The notes beneath the pieces are model-generated. The model searched no databases, was not told the DNA's origin, and was given only the letters and a program-made list of their open reading frames with translations. The position numbers were made by a program, and so were the translations under genes. A DNA stretch of 63,367 nt, filler included, from Octopus bimaculoides (taxonomy: Eukaryota), in NCBI RefSeq assembly GCF_001194135.2. It is 5 parts of 5 records of this genome, joined end to end, with 100 filler letters (N's around TTAATTAATTAA, not from the genome) between each part and the next. Parts side by side here need not be neighbours in the genome. Positions count along the whole stretch, not along the records: positions 61,499 to 63,367 come from NW_026299742.1; 4 more parts are not named here. The stretch is one strand, 5' to 3'. Below are positions 63,335 through 63,367 of this stretch, piece after piece; position 1 is the stretch's first letter, and every line of letters starts with the position of its first letter.

Positions 63335-63367
<33 letters not shown>

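Noticed and set aside
58420-63367. Search for further upstream SLC6 exons (TM9-10)
   Set aside because: None recognised; probably in gaps or beyond the window

Overview
AT-rich, microsatellite-dense, gappy eukaryotic scaffold. The SINE and microsatellite landscape suggests a coleoid cephalopod such as Octopus (inference). Two host genes are recoverable by reading splice sites. (1) On +, the 3' half of an ionotropic glutamate-receptor-family gene of the IR25a/IR8a chemosensory co-receptor clade: three firm exons at 34908-37935 and two candidate C-terminal exons at 40481-40774. (2) On -, the last three exons of an SLC6 sodium:neurotransmitter symporter at 56076-58389, convergent with the first gene. 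The rest is mostly repeats: Tc1/mariner, hAT MITEs, several tRNA-headed SINE families, Penelope-like and RLE-type LINE relics, and microsatellites. Most long ORFs in the supplied track are microsatellite or N-gap artefacts. The main leads are: an unusual IR co-receptor-like protein (IR8a/IR25a mosaic, Q at the Q/R site, no LBD cysteine pair, no CREL sequon); five minimal hammerhead-ribozyme-like motifs, one with an intact core; several long near-perfect inverted repeats; a fold-back mariner; and a non-canonical (CG) SLC6 splice acceptor. All comparisons to reference proteins and RNA motifs are from memory, not from database searches. No CRISPR, rRNA or bona fide tRNA genes were seen.
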